This document shows, piece by piece, positions 13,113 through 27,700 of a DNA stretch of 64,000 bases. The stretch spans positions 59,024,001 through 59,088,000 of the forward strand of contig OZ320318.1 of the NCBI GenBank assembly GCA_976226885.1, given 5' to 3'. The DNA comes from Iphione sp. A-MEVVRFRX5 (lineage: Eukaryota). Position 1 is the first letter of the stretch. Every line of letters starts with the position of its first letter. The notes under the pieces were generated by a model. It ran no database searches. It was not told where the DNA came from and worked only from the letters and a program-made list of their open reading frames with translations. The position numbers and the translations under genes were made by a program.

Positions 13113-16100
13113 CAGAATATACTGAAATGCGATAATTTCAACTTAAAATTAATATAAATGAAACAGAAATAAGCCCGTAGTAAATGTCCATATGGGTGAG
13201 TATCATATCCAACTTTCACTTCATAAGAGATCCCTCAAGCCTTAGTAGACCCCCAGCGTCTGTGTTTCAGGGGAGCGTCCGGGTCTGAAGTTACGATCAG
13301 AAACTGTCTGAAAGGTTCCCCAGCAGGCACGTCATTGTTAGTCGCCTATTCTTCACCCGAAGTCCATTTCTAGCAAGTATTGTCAGTGCATCCTGTGCGT
13401 CCTTACAGTGCCAGATGACAACAAAGAACTCCTTGCCGCCCTAACGAGTCACTCGTGGGACTTAATCAATGCCACATTGGACCGAGAATTGAGATATCTG
13501 CGAGTAGATACTTAGCAAGGCAGTTCTTTAGTATGTGACAACAGGCATTCAAGCCGGTCCACAGAGATCCCACGTTATTGCCTTCAGCCATCCCATTCTC
13601 GGTTCCAACTGATTAGCTTATTGTGCAGTATGTAGCGTAAAGGTTTACCAGGGGCATTTGTGTTAATCTCGAAATTTCTCTTGTTGGATCAATCATAAAC
13701 TAGCAAGTATGGTGAAAGAAAATGCATTTCATAACAGAATGACCAAAACTGTTACAACCCCTGTTCAGTTCGGAAATAAAGGAACATTTCGAGTATCTCT
13801 GGGGAGTAATTATATCTATGAGCAGAAAGGAGAGGGAGTGGAGAGGGCCCCACATGACCCAACTTACTGTAATACGTTTGTAAGGATTCTCTCAATGTGA
13901 GTAACACATTTAGATGAGAAAATTAGGTGCGGGCGAATCGTACTTGTAGTCGAAAGGGCCACAGAAAACAATATAGTGTACCTGACAGCTACAGAATGAA
14001 AATGCTCGTGTGACGGCTGCCAGCAGCGATTTGCCAGGCTTCCGTCTTGCAGTCATGTTTCGCACGATCTCATCATGACTTCGGATGTTTCTAATTGGAA
14101 CATTTCATTGGCGACATCAGATTAAGCCATCACGTTCGTGTCATTACCAATGTCAGTAGAGATAATGATGATTCTACGCGTGGGCTCCCTTAGGCATTGA
14201 CATTTGGGAGAAAATATTTTCCCTGGACGTCTTAAAATGAGGAAATTTCCAGTATGTTGTTATTCGTGCCAGAAAAGACGGTTATATCTTTGGTCTTGTT
14301 GCTGGGCGCTTGCCGATTCTGTCTTGCTTTAGTCCTGCCTTTCCTTGAGATAGAGGCAGAGCAAACACGGCCCTAGCCCTGCTAACCTGGCTGCAAGTAC
14401 CGCTTCTCAAGACGATGTATCCACCTGCACTAGGTCAACGGAGAATGCCGAACAGACCGGAGGATAAGCTGCGACAAAGCTCTATCGGAAATATGGAAGA
14501 AGCTCGCCGAGAGCGCATGCATGTGTGTGCATCCCTGACCGTGGTGGGCAGACACTGAACAAATAACCAGCGGTGTCCGCGCATTTCAGAGCGAGGACAC
14601 TAGCCCACGTGCGGTAACATACAGGGCTATTCCCGTTAATATCCCAAGAGATCCATGTGAAATAAGACCGGCTACTCCAATACCTAAAACGACTTCGTAC
14701 TTCATCGTTAAATGACAGGTCATATTGGAACGGTCAAACGTTACAACTTCCTTTGATAATATGTAGAAGACTGACCAACGAAAATATTTATCACTATTTA
14801 TCAGATGTATATATACATTTGTATATGATGCTGTATTTCAATGGGAAAACCTAAGTGTCTGTTGGTGGTCAAACAGACTCTGTAGACTCAATTTCGATAA
14901 TTGTTCAGCGGCAAATGAACCTAAAGCTACATTAGTCCTTCATACAAATTCAACATAAGAATTCCCCATTCGACAACGTGTGGGGCCATACTAAAGCAAT
15001 TCGATCCTTTTGCATCTCGAAAGGTATGTTGCGAATGGCCCTTCTCAATTCCGCTCTTGAATCCTGTATTTAAAATCCATCACAAGAGTCATCCAATTAG
15101 AAACAGGATATAAAAATGGCAGTGGGAAAAGCACTGTCGGTCGATGATTCTCACGGCCCCATATGAAACATGAAGGGCGAGGTCTAGTCAAATAGATTAT
15201 AACTTTCTGAAAGAGCTGTTCTGGTGGAAGAATAGATAACGTGTTAATGCGTATGGAGGGTCCTGGCAAAGTACTGCCAGATGAAATAGAAATAGACAAT
15301 GAAAAGGGCAGGTCTATTTTAGATGCATGCGCCTGTCGTTCTTCCTTAGATAAATATAGGCACAGTCGTATTGAACGTCAATTTCATTGATATGCATAGT
15401 ATACTCGAAGGAATGCTAGCCTCTGTCATTGATGGTTTCAGTACGACGCATTTCATGCTGAATGCTCACAATGTCCCAAAATATACTAAAGGTTCGACAA
15501 TATCACATTTTGGAGAACATGTTGGTTACTAAACAAGGTTACTAAACAAGGAAAATCCACCTAAAGTCCGTTTCATATACATGTAGATCGCTATCCTGCG
15601 GAAGGACCAAACTTGGCCTGAAATGTACTGACATGTAAAATTACATACCTAAACCTCCTTCTCTATCTGGATTGTGTAAGCTTGAAGCTTTAAACAGTTT
15701 TTAAAATCCTGCAATTACTTCCAAAGGAAGGACAAAAATATCAACACAATCTTAAAACCGGCTACACGCATTGCGTCAAGTCTCCTTTTGCGTCAAGTCT
15801 CCTTTTATTATATCCGTATCCCTCACTGCACTGTATAAACTGGAAACCGACATGTGACCGTTTCCCTCAAAAATCTCAAACCCTGCTAATCCGGTCGTGT
15901 TACCTTGTACCATTCCAGTTTCTACAATATTCTTATATTCAACCATACTTATTTCCTACATGTAACAGGTTCTGGGCTTCCTAAGCTGCAGGCAGTTTCA
16001 CATCCAAACCTAAGTGTATATGCAATAGGTGTCGATGCACACAATATACTGTTTCATTTACATCATCCCTACAATGGTGGACCCGGAATATGTTATGATA

Positions 16101-17389
16101 TGTTTGTTACCTTTCAATATGTACCTTCAGCACAACACATTACAGCAGCAGTAAATTCAAGCAACCAGGATATAAATTTCCATTTATCAGGGTAAAATAG
16201 GCCGTTAATTCTGTTCTAATGTTTATTCTGCATTGCTGTGAAAAGCTGTTGAAGATATCTTGTCACCGCTGAATGACCAGGATCCACCTATGACTGCTTC
16301 TACCGATCTCCTCCTACTGAGATTTCAGATCGATACGCCAGATGGCAGCGTCGACTAGCCAGCCCATTTGCTTCGCTTAGCGTTCAGTAGAGCGCAGCAA
16401 ACTAGGGTTAATTATTTCACTACGCTCGTAAATAGGTCTAAATGGTAACATGATCGTAATCACCATTCTTTGCTTGCAGTATTACATATTAGCGCCGTCA
16501 GTAGGCATATCCATGTACCTTTAATGATGTCAAAAACGTAGCCTTACGACCCGACCCGATTTCTCTAGGGAGATATATATATGCCAAGCTAAAGGACATG
16601 TGAGTGGCGCCCTTCAATCTACTTGCTCTGTAGCTGCAGTGGCTGAAGGGCACAGGTTAAGCCTTACATGTTTTAGGATGTGAATCAGGCGCTATTCTAA
16701 GGATGATTTATGTTACCTCGGTCCAGTCAGAGGCTGACTCTACCTTCATCTTCTGTGTGCATGCAGAAAAAGACGCCTTCTCCTAATTATGTCACATGTC
16801 ACGCATCAGTTATTCAAGTCCAGTCAAGGGGAAAAAAAGAACACATACTTTGACCTAAGCTGCAAAGAACACTAGTTGGAATACACAAAAGTGCCATCCA
16901 TTTCTTCCAGAGATCCTTAAACCATCCGTTAAAAAAAGCCAAATAGTTTGATAGATATCTGTCTTGTTGCTCCAATAATAGAGTTTGCAAGATAATCACC
17001 CCGTACATCTAATTTCTTGTCACTAACAACAAGCCTTCCCACAGAAATCTTTTGGTCCATACTGCTCGGGGCTCGACTACCATTACTATCACGAATTACT
17101 ATCACGAACAGCATTTTCCCACACGAGACGTTCCAAAAACACTCTTGTGCTTGTAGAAACCTCGACCACTGGAGATGGCACACACGTTGGACAGACGAGT
17201 AGCTTATCCCTCGTATGTGGGGTTATTCCGCTTGGATACTCAAGCATCAATGCACGTATACCTGGTACTCACATGTGCGCCAGTGTGCGGCTCTGGTGGT
17301 ATCTGGGTGTAGGATAGCGCCTCCGTCATTTCAGGTAAGTCGTCAGCGTCCGCCATCTGCCACACTGTATTCCCTGACATCACTGCATA

Positions 17390-17569
17390 CACCGCCAACT
17401 CTCACTTCGAGGGCCAACTCTGGGACAGCACAAATCTGGTCTCTCTTGTGGTCTGCTCTCCTCTGTGGTCTCTATTTATACGGAAATATATGCGTTTGGT
17501 TTTATTAAAGTCTGGTCTCTCACGTGGTCTAGTCTCCTTGTGATCCGATCTCCCAGTGAGAGTCAACTG
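17390..17569. mobile_element. Possible decayed Tc1/mariner-type MITE
   Basis: Right end ...GAGAGTCAACTG|TA; the left end TA|CACCGCCAACTCTCAC only partly matches; internal repeated TGGTCT motifs similar to the element at 1-159. Confidence 0.3.
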
Positions 17570-19280
17570 TATATCTCTGCCTATGACACAAATTACACGG
17601 ACGTCACGGTTTCGCTGCTGGAATAATGTTTCCCCTGCCGTCACAACATCTCCCCCTGGCGGCCCCGTGTTTTCTCGTCATTGCGCCACTGTTGTTGTTT
17701 TTTGCTGGCCATCGTCGTGCTTTATTGCCGTCTCGTACTTCGAGCTGATGCTGAAAGGATGAAAGGGCTCCATAGATTAATTGGTTACATTCTCTGCCAA
17801 CCGCCGCTGATAATCGCTCTCACTGGAGTTTTCCTGGATCCATTCAGGTGTCCCACGTGCCTTTAAGCACACATATCCTGAAGACTTAAGGAGGTAACCC
17901 CTTAAATAGTGAGGAGCGCGACACACTGAACAAACTTTCCATGATCAAACACTGGGTGCTTGTCTAAAATGCGCAACTTGTCGTGCATTTAAGTAGTATA
18001 ACATCACCGGAGCGGAAACCATCACGATGGAATGTATAAATCGGCGAGAGGCGTCTTCAAGACTGTTGGCCTCTGCAAACACTACCCGGAGAGTGAGGCG
18101 ACAAAATGTTTTCACCCAGGGTTCCTGTTGCTAAGACAAGTCAGGTGATGCATAGTTGTGTCATCATTCAAAACGACGGTCCTGACGTGGTTAATCATGA
18201 TGAGATATACAGTGGAAATATGTTTCATCTCATTTGGCTCAACAGTTTCTTTTTGTTGATTTGGATGTGTACATTTCATCCTACTGCTTTTCGTGGCGGA
18301 CTGCGAACGACTATGGTTTCACAAGTTTGAAATCCCATCCGTATTTACTTTGGTGAGCAGCATCAACGAGGATATCTTTGGGTGATGCAATATTTATCTA
18401 TGGCCATGTCACTGACTGATCGGTGCCTCTACGAAGTTCAAGCCGACTTTGCGCAGTATTTCGAATGGCTGGGTCCTCACTTTGAAATGACCCAAGTTGC
18501 TAAAATTGGAACAGGTAAAGCTTTACCAGCTAGTACTTCAAGCGGTTTACTGTATTAAAGAATAATCACTGACTGAAGCATTCAAACAGGTATAAAGTCA
18601 GGCTAGCCCTACTATAAAATGAGATATCAAACAAATGCTACCTCAAAAAGTTTACTATCCTTAAAAGAGTTTGCAAACTGGTTAACAGATACAATACCAT
18701 TAAGCTCCATAATGACGTTGAAATAATGTCAGTTTTAGAGAGAATCAAGTTTCATTGCCTAATTGCAGGTTATAAAGCAGCAATAGAGATTTACCCAACT
18801 TTTTCGAAGAATTCTTCACATGTAGGGAAGCTGATTACAATCTTAGGGGCAGACAGTACTGTCTGTTTAAATGCCTAGAGAATAAAACTAAGAACTCACC
18901 AGAAATACTACCTTATATAACATTATTGACTAGTGGAACAACGCCAAACTGCTCCATAATGATTATGACTCAATCAGTGACTTTAAAAAAGAGATGATGT
19001 CCAATTTCAGATCAAAACTGTTGCAGTAACTAATAAGAGGTTTTACCAAAGCTCAGCTGATATAATTAATACTAACAAGATTAGGTACCTAACCAGTTAG
19101 ATACTAGTATGTTAGCTAGTTTTCAAACCCAACAGAATCATAATAATCAACAATATAGCTAATGCTACCCAAGGGGAAAACTTTCTACAGTATATGCCAC
19201 CATATTCTGCTAATTTCTACACAAAAATTATTCGTTATGATACAGAATTCACATAATCTTCTCACAAGTTGAACTTTATG

Positions 19281-19350
19281 ATCACATTACTATTATCAAA
19301 TGACATGATATATTATCATCACATTACTATTATCAAATGACATGCTATAT
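19281..19350. repeat. Tandem duplication, 37-bp period, about 2 copies
   Basis: ATCACATTACTATTATCAAATGACATG at 19281 and 19318. Confidence 0.9.
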
Positions 19351-19935
19351 GTACAGCTAGATTTCGCTAACCCATACTAACCCATTTCAATAGCAAACTA
19401 GGCACGCCATCTGAAAAAACAGCCTCTGGCTGATGATGTGTTCTGTTGTCAATTAAAAAAAAATATAAGCAAAAGTAAGGGTTCAGTTGCTATTATCATT
19501 ATTTGACACATGCTTTGGCCAGCTGTGAGTCCAACGGTTGGGTGAAGTATCTGCATGGCCTTCATAGACTATGATGCACCACTTATCCATGAAATAAAAG
19601 AACCTGTAGTGTCCGGTCCTCAATATACATGAATATCATATCCGATTTCACATTTGAAGGGTTTAAGGGTTATAGGACCCACAAGACTGTGATGGAAGGT
19701 CAGACGGTCAGACAGCAGTATTCCTAAGACCCCCCCCCCTCTCTATGGGGGATCAAATAAACCAGTTACACCACAAGTGCAAAAAATGCACAACAAATCC
19801 CTTGAATGGACAATGAGCCTAAGTTCTAGTTACTTATCTTACTTCTGTAAAATTCAGTGAACGCAACCTTACCATGCATAACCCTATCGTGGAAGTCATT
19901 CAAAATATAGTCCTGGTGTAGCTAGTGGCCCTAGG

Positions 19936-20122
19936 NNNNNNNNNNNNNNNNNNNNNNNNNNNNNNNNNNNNNNNNNNNNNNNNNNNNNNNNNNNNNNNNN
20001 NNNNNNNNNNNNNNNNNNNNNNNNNNNNNNNNNNNNNNNNNNNNNNNNNNNNNNNNNNNNNNNNNNNNNNNNNNNNNNNNNNNNNNNNNNNNNNNNNNNN
20101 NNNNNNNNNNNNNNNNNNNNNN
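19936..20122. other. Assembly gap (N run)
   Basis: Run of N. Confidence 1.
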
Positions 20123-20790
20123 GCCAGACAGACAGACAGAAACAGAGATCCTTTCCAATTATGTTTCAGACCAAACCAAACATCAATGTACGTTGATTGA
20201 GGTGGGGGGGTCGGGCAAGAGAGATCCTTTGGTAAGGAAGCTACACAAAAATCAACAAACTATAAATGCATTTCTGAAAGTGAAACTAAGTGAATCTAAC
20301 ATTATAATCCCGATTCTGTTTTATCAATATGGCCACCAGAGACAAAACTGGCAATTTTTGCCATTTTGCAGTGATTTTACGTTCAAAATCCTCATTCTCT
20401 CTGCTTGATCTCTGCACGACAGCAGGAAAAATACCTTACCTAAAACTTCATTATACGTTACAGATCAAACCTGATTGAAAGATAATATGACACCCTGTTC
20501 AAAATGAATTTCCGATGATCACTGACTGAATCGCCTCCTTCGAGCTGTTGTCTGTACAATAAAACAACTCATGTCGCAAATGCAAATGCCAACCGCTGGA
20601 GAAAATTTATCTGGAATAAATCCGTTTAGAACTAAAAGGAAATGCAGAGCGATTTACAAAGCTAATATCAAATTCATCAAGCTGTCCAAGGGGTAAAAAG
20701 AAAAGTGAAAGATACATAATAAGTAATAACAAGACTGTGGACCTGTGGGGTCTATTGGAGCCATTTCATGCTTGATTGCACCTTACTTGC

Positions 20791-20927
20791 NNNNNNNNNN
20801 NNNNNNNNNNNNNNNNNNNNNNNNNNNNNNNNNNNNNNNNNNNNNNNNNNNNNNNNNNNNNNNNNNNNNNNNNNNNNNNNNNNNNNNNNNNNNNNNNNNN
20901 NNNNNNNNNNNNNNNNNNNNNNNNNNN
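20791..20927. other. Assembly gap (N run)
   Basis: Run of N. Confidence 1.
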
Positions 20928-21776
20928 ACCTACAAAATCACCAAACAAGGTATGTATGTTTGTGGATGTATTAGCAAAAGTGTAAATTGACATAACTACT
21001 CTTGCCTCATAGAGAATACTGCTGTCCAACCATCCGACCTTCTATCATACTCTTGTGGGTCTTAAAAGTCTAAAAATTCTTTAGACAAATGAATTGATTT
21101 TGATATATGATATTTATATTTATATTTAGAACCGTGGAACTAGGTAATTTTGGTAGTAATTCAAATAATCTAAGGTGAAATTATTCCCCTAGCCAAAGTG
21201 GGGACCACAGGGACAATCATATGTGCTATATATCCATCCATGCCGTGTGGTTCCGGTCTAATGCTGTTTCCATTTGGTTGTATATTACCTTCAGTTTTTA
21301 TCACTCAATGTTTGTGGATAATGCCAGTTGAAAACCTTTTATAAATCCTTCTTAAGGTCTTATCCAAGCAAGTCTACATGGATGCCATAATAACATTCCA
21401 CCTATCCGAATGCCATAATATATCATCGCACCTATTTTCCCCCATTCTTCCACTTTGGAGGAAATCATTTTTGAAAGTGATAAAATTGGCTTTCTTTCCT
21501 GAAAAGGACGTAAATACAACTTTGTTGAGAAAGGGTGTATGAACCAACTGCCTAGTGAGCCAAAACTTAAGGTCACATCTGGACATGTGCAGTCCACCTG
21601 TCGGGTACACTTTTTTCTTTACTCTATTTCATTCTCCCATTTCATGGACTTACATGCATATTAGTGGCAATATGACTTACTGGAGTCAACAAACTGGAAA
21701 CAAAGACAAGGTCGATGCACTTGAAAGTGGTTTAGCACTGCTCTATTTCAAGTTCAATCACCTCTTATGTAATTAC

Positions 21777-21806
21777 GTACTCGTCATACGACCCAGCAGG
21801 TCTGAC
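21777..21806 (-). CDS. Candidate 30-nt cassette exon (VRPAGSYDEY)
   Basis: Long polypyrimidine acceptor acttttccttctgttctcctgattatag|, weaker donor TAC|gtaatt, phase 0-0, open in the host frame. Confidence 0.35.
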
Positions 21807-24272
21807 CTATAATCAGGAGAACAGAAGGAAAAGTAACATTAAGTATCTATTACCAAGCAAGCTCGTCCAACGAGAGGGCCAAAATCGGGGAGACAAGGTA
21901 TATCTTGTAGTATCCTTTTATCCTTTTGTACTTGGTGATCGTGCAAAGACTGCCCTGCAATATACATGTATATATGCTGCTTACCAAGAGGGAAAAGCAA
22001 CTTTATAAGAATTCGTAAACTACGTGACCTAAGTGATTGGCTTATAATGACAAAGTTTAACAACCTACATGTATTTAAGCCATGATACGTCATGTGTAAG
22101 ATCTTTACAAGATGCTTACAGATGGAGGCCATAGCTCGAAGATTTACTTTCTGTGGCAAAAACAGTGATAGAGTTAATTTCTCAACTTACTTTCTATTAT
22201 ACAGAAGGTTATTTTTGATGGTTAAATGTACTGTTTTGGCGGTTGCTTCGTAAGTTCTTAGAGTCTGATATAAATTTGTTGTCTTTGATTTTTGATGCAT
22301 TTTATGTGTTTGTGGTTGATATTCAATGCATACATATAAATGTTATATTATATATACTACTGAAACTAGCAGATGAGCCTCAAAAATCCTGGTTTATACT
22401 TAATTCTATCACATCTTCTGTTTCTCTGTCATCATGCCTGGTCAAGTATACCAATGTTATTATCTGAATCCAAAATCAATTACAATCTATGTACACTTTT
22501 TAAAGTACACATATACGATTCTGCGAAGTTCATTGCTGAGTGAACTACTCAGAGATCTATGGAGGACCAACATTCACAGACGTAAAGTCTATGTTATGAA
22601 GGATAATACATGTACTTATGAAGAATACGTGCCTCATCCTTTCTTGGTTTTTGAGTGAATGTCACACATATGTGACGCTATAAATATATACAGTGTAGTT
22701 ATAAAGTGTTATACTTAAAGTAACACTAGCAGTCAGCAATGCAAAAAGTGCTCAACACTCGTACATTTGCTCGTACATGTACAGGCAAGGTGGCTCTTTG
22801 TACCTGCTGTTTAGCACTGCTACTTGGCTTTTCGTTCTCGCGGTATCTTGTTCTCAAGTTAAGGTAAAGGTGATAGGTCATCCTCTATCTTAGCGTGCGG
22901 CCCAGTGTATTAAGTCCTCTAATATACATCCAAGCAGTGTAAAATGTCCCGTCTACAGTCAGTAACACAGCACTGAACTCTAACAATGGATGGGAGAACA
23001 CTACTGATGGTGACCAAAGTATTCACAATCAGTACAAATTAGGTCAATACCGACATGGCCAGATCAGCTGAGTAATGTATGGAGGGGCAGTTGTGAGGAA
23101 CCTCACTACTTTACGAGCACACGAGTATCGCTGTTGAGTTTTTACAAACCAACATATCGTCCACGAGCAGACCAAGCTGCTGCCGCATCAGCCATACTTA
23201 TTCTCCTACTAGCGAAGACGATGCAACATGTACGAGAAAAGTTTCACCTCCTAGATAATACTATCAACGCTAAACTGGGCTCACTAACCCGAAGGTTACT
23301 TATGGTGGTAGGAGAAACGCTGAAAAAAACTGATGAAAGGTGAAAAACTGACAAAAGGTAAATGTTGTTGATGTAAATTACTCAGCCGAGATTTTTTTTT
23401 ATTATTCATAAAACGAGGTAAAAGCTTACTAGAGATGTTGCAACTGTGAATATAATTTCTTTATGTTGTTTATTTCTTGACTATAATTTTGGACTCTAAA
23501 AGCCGTTCATAAAAAGACGATAAGGTATCTTATTCATGAGTTTGTCTCTACCCTCTGAAGTGAGTTTACCATGGAGCTATAACCTTTGGAATTCGTGTGA
23601 ACATAGTTCATCATTATTACCCTCGACGATGCTGAATATCGGACAGGTAAACCCAGCCATCTATCGTACGAGACGTCCAACTGCCCGCCGTCACCGGCCT
23701 GTGCTGGCTCAAGAAGTTATGTAATTGTCCTGCTGGCCAAGCTTCTGAATAACTGAATATTCTCAGTACAATATGATGCAAATACTGTGTGTGTAAACAC
23801 TGGAGGTGGGGCATATCAATTAAATGCTCTTTACTTCTTCCATTCCGTGTACATTCATAATTTCACCTGGAGTAGTGTCAACGTTTTCAATTACACGTGA
23901 GGTTCTATTTTAAGATTTAGGCAGGGATCCGATCTGGCGCATATCCGAAACATTTCCTTTTAACCAAGTAAATATCATAAGGACAATTCTTAAAACGACC
24001 CACTGACATCGGGAAGGGTAATCTCTGCAGTAATTTGCTAATTTTGTACTAAATATAGCCACGTGTTGTTCTGTCTTGTATTTTTAATTATCACTGTGGA
24101 CCGTTTAAGAGGATTACATGAACGTTTTGCTGGAAAACCGACGTTAAAGGGAACTAATTGCCAAGTCCATAAGGACGTTGAGGGCACGGGTCACAAAGGG
24201 TAACCAGAGAATATTTATAGCGAGTACTACCGGGCTAATGGCCACTATCTACAAGCTGACCATGCCATTTAC

Positions 24273-24374
24273 CCTGAACAGCGGCCTGCTGGGTAGCGTT
24301 CCTTGTACCTGTCGGTGTCGATGGTAGCTCCTCCTACTGGCCGCCTGCCAGCCCACTCCTTGCATCGAGGACAT
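24273..24374 (-). CDS. Candidate alternative first coding exon (MSSMQGVGWQAASRRSYHRHRQ[VQGTLPSRPLFR])
   Basis: ATG at 24374 (aacATG) with two phase-0 donors: CAG|gtacaa after 24309 and AGG|gtaaat after 24273. Confidence 0.35.
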
Positions 24375-25742
24375 GTTGAGAATAATTGCTCCACACGAAG
24401 ATTTCCTTCTAAGTCCAGATTTTTTTCTAGTACCCAATTGAGGTCCGTGTGTTCAAAGGGACCTTCCTAATGGTAAGGACTCCACTTCACACTGCCGCTC
24501 TGCACTCAGTGTGATGCTACGAACAATTCCATGGGCGAACACTACAGGGCAGTGAGGGCACCACCAATGGCCAGTTCAGCTTTAGGCAAGTCATGTCGGC
24601 AGAGACGACTGTCACTGGTTAAACTTGTGACAGCATAAATTGCTCGCTTCTGCAAGGGCGATGCTTCTGCCACCGACTGCTAGTTTGATAAGTGTCAAAT
24701 TATGACTGGTTGCACCTTATGACTGTACACAATTCCAAAACCAGACACTTCCTTTGCGGAGGCACAGTTTCAAGCACCACTCGCTGCCCTTGCACAGAGA
24801 CTTCTCCGTCAAATGATGTTCCTACCTTCCTTGCCTACCGTCTAGAGGACTATACGATTTCTTCCTATACAATTTTTAGCAGCCCTCTCCTTTAAGATGG
24901 CTACAGAATCAATATATCGGGCAACAAGCATTTCGACAGTTAGCGGTAAGGGAATTGGGTTGATACAAAGCGTAAGGCAAACATGACACCTTGGAGAACA
25001 AATTAACTATTTCGGTTTTTCCTTTCATACAGGAGTGTAAAGTTGCTTCATGCAAACAAAATATTTGGTTCCCCTAAGATACTGACTAGTGATAAAGTTA
25101 ACAAAAAAAGAATTGTTTTGCTTTCTACTACAGAGAAAGAAAAATGGAAAAGACCAACACTACCAGGAGTCTTCTAGTTTGGCGACAGCCATTGGTATAA
25201 ACGTTAGAGGACTATCTTCAGTCACTAGAAAACACTGTTCCTGATTAAAACCACCGAACTGCGTAATGCAAGAAGCATTCCACCGCGTCCTCTGCAGGTG
25301 TCGCGCTTCGCCAGCTATCCGGAAACCATGGCACCACAGATCAATAAGTTGACTCGGACTAAACGGCTTTACCAGGGGATATAATCACCAAATATAAGCG
25401 CACTATATCGTCTGCGCGCCTCATCTACGGATATACTGATCGTATCAGTGTGATAATGATGTTAACATTCAAGGGATACAAACAAAGTTTTACAAATTAT
25501 TGTTTAGATAAAGGAATTCCATAGAAATATGAATGTTTCGCAGTTAACACCAATGCTCTAACCCCCCCCCCCTCCCCCCCCCAACATACCCTGAGTAATG
25601 GGTTTTATAGGAACATTCTTCTGAGGGGAAAAAGTTAATTCAATGACCGACTTCTCAGCCATTATGTTTATGCCTATTGCACGTCTCAGCGTCTCTAAAT
25701 ACCCGCATTATTCTGACCATAATTTTCCATTCGTGCTCTTAC

Positions 25743-25820
25743 CGCTTGAGGGCTGATGGAGGGCTGAGATTGCAGAATGCCTCGTAAGTCGTTGACAGTG
25801 CTTCGCTGATAGGACTCCAT
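25743..25820 (-). CDS. Candidate alternative first coding exon (MESYQRSTVNDLRGILQSQPSISPQA)
   Basis: aacATGg start at 25820, donor GCG|gtaaga, 78 nt, phase 0; lies within a GC-rich block spanning 25743-26162. Confidence 0.5.
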
Positions 25821-27491
25821 GTTCTAACCTCTGAAGCGCCAATCGCAGGCAAACACGGACAACGCCATGATAACCGATCCGACCCCTACCCCACGTGACA
25901 AGTGGCGTCTCCAGTCCGACTCGGACAACTGGAGAGAAAATCCGGGGGAAAGTATATGTCACTCGTGTGGGACGGTAGGCAATGGCATTGGTTTGCGTCT
26001 TCTCGTGGCCAGCTTCCCGCCTCTAACTTGCGATGACATGCCTCTTCCTCGGGGGCCGATCGATTGGAGAGTGCCTCGTTCGCCAAAATTCCTAAGCAGA
26101 CCAGACAGGAACTGTCCATGTGACTCGAGCAGGTTGTTGCCCAGGAGGCCCTCAAACCTCGGCTAGGAAATATACACAGTAAGCAGGGTAGAAGAGGGGC
26201 ATAGACGGTGTCAGACGAAAAGACTGAGGTGTTGGTTTGGCGAGTAACCACAGTGAAGCTCCCCACTTACTGGAGGGTTAGTTCGGCCGCCTTAGCGCTG
26301 CTCTCCTCGGAGCACAACAATCAGCACTCTGACTGCTGCGTAGATGGGGACGGGCGATTGGCCACCTCAATGCCCCGCCAACTGAAGCCACTACAGTAAC
26401 AAGAAATTCAACGGTATATACGGCAAATCTGTGGGGAAACAAACCCACTGGAAACAGAGGCGACATGTCTGATCATGCTTTGGTATCACATACACTTAAT
26501 TTAGATAAGTGGACATCCAGTGGCTTTGCTTTAGCTGTATATCCTCGGGCCAGCTTCGCTAGTTTTACCTCACCTTTGCGTGTAGTAACACGATGCCGGG
26601 GACAATCAGTCGGCCTTCCTATGGCGCCTACAGCACTGCACCACCAGCGGCCAGCATCAAGAGCATAATGTGCGTTATGAATCCCTACATGAAGCGAGAA
26701 CACGGACGTCTGCATAGCACCACACTGTAAGATCGACTGTGGTGAAGGTATGAATCGTGCAGGTGTAATTACTAAAAGAACTCTCCTAGCATCATCCCAG
26801 CCTCCTGTCATCCTGAATTCGACATGATGCACAGATCTAGATACATGTACATGTACTTCAACGAGCCTTTTCCACGGGTTTCAATAAAGTGACATGTATA
26901 TACTTTCTATGAATTTCCGATATCTTAAGGATGGGGGGTTGCTTTGGGCCGTAAAATCAGATGGACGTTATGTGCGTTCCAATGTAAACATTAAGGTAGC
27001 ATTAAACAAAAACGAGATGAAATAGGCGGGGTCGTGTAAACTTTTCAGAAACCACAGACCTAAAAATCACTGAGTGTCAGATATGGACTCTCCTGGAAAA
27101 CCTCCAAGGTACAGTTTCGTCAAAGATGGTACGTATATATGAAAGAAGAGTCATAGTTTATAAAGACTGTTTCAGAAAATTTCATGTAAGTCATGTATAC
27201 ATAAGTGGTCTATTTCTTGGATTATTACACAAGCTAGAAAACAGTTTGACGAGCAGTAATTTCCGGTAGTGTCTCCCGTCTGATCAAACGGGTAAGAGGC
27301 TAAGTAATCCTGCTCGAATGACCAGGAGTATAGGGCATTTGGGGTCATCCTAACTAGACAGTAGACGAGAAGGATACTGGGATAACCTGAAGAAAGCGGT
27401 GACTGATCAATACCTGGCTGGATCCCATCAATAACCAACCCTCGCATGTTTCACCCTACAGAACGCCTATAAAAAGGCTATCCGCTGTGTG

Positions 27492-27700
27492 NNNNNNNNN
27501 NNNNNNNNNNNNNNNNNNNNNNNNNNNNNNNNNNNNNNNNNNNNNNNNNNNNNNNNNNNNNNNNNNNNNNNNNNNNNNNNNNNNNNNNNNNNNNNNNNNN
27601 NNNNNNNNNNNNNNNNNNNNNNNNNNNNNNNNNNNNNNNNNNNNNNNNNNNNNNNNNNNNNNNNNNNNNNNNNNNNNNNNNNNNNNNNNNNNNNNNNNNA
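27492..27700. other. Assembly gap (N run)
   Basis: Run of N. Confidence 1.

Noticed and set aside
15650-15710. Exon-like segment with acceptor and GTATGT donor on minus
   Set aside because: Stops in all three frames; treated as a pseudo-exon.
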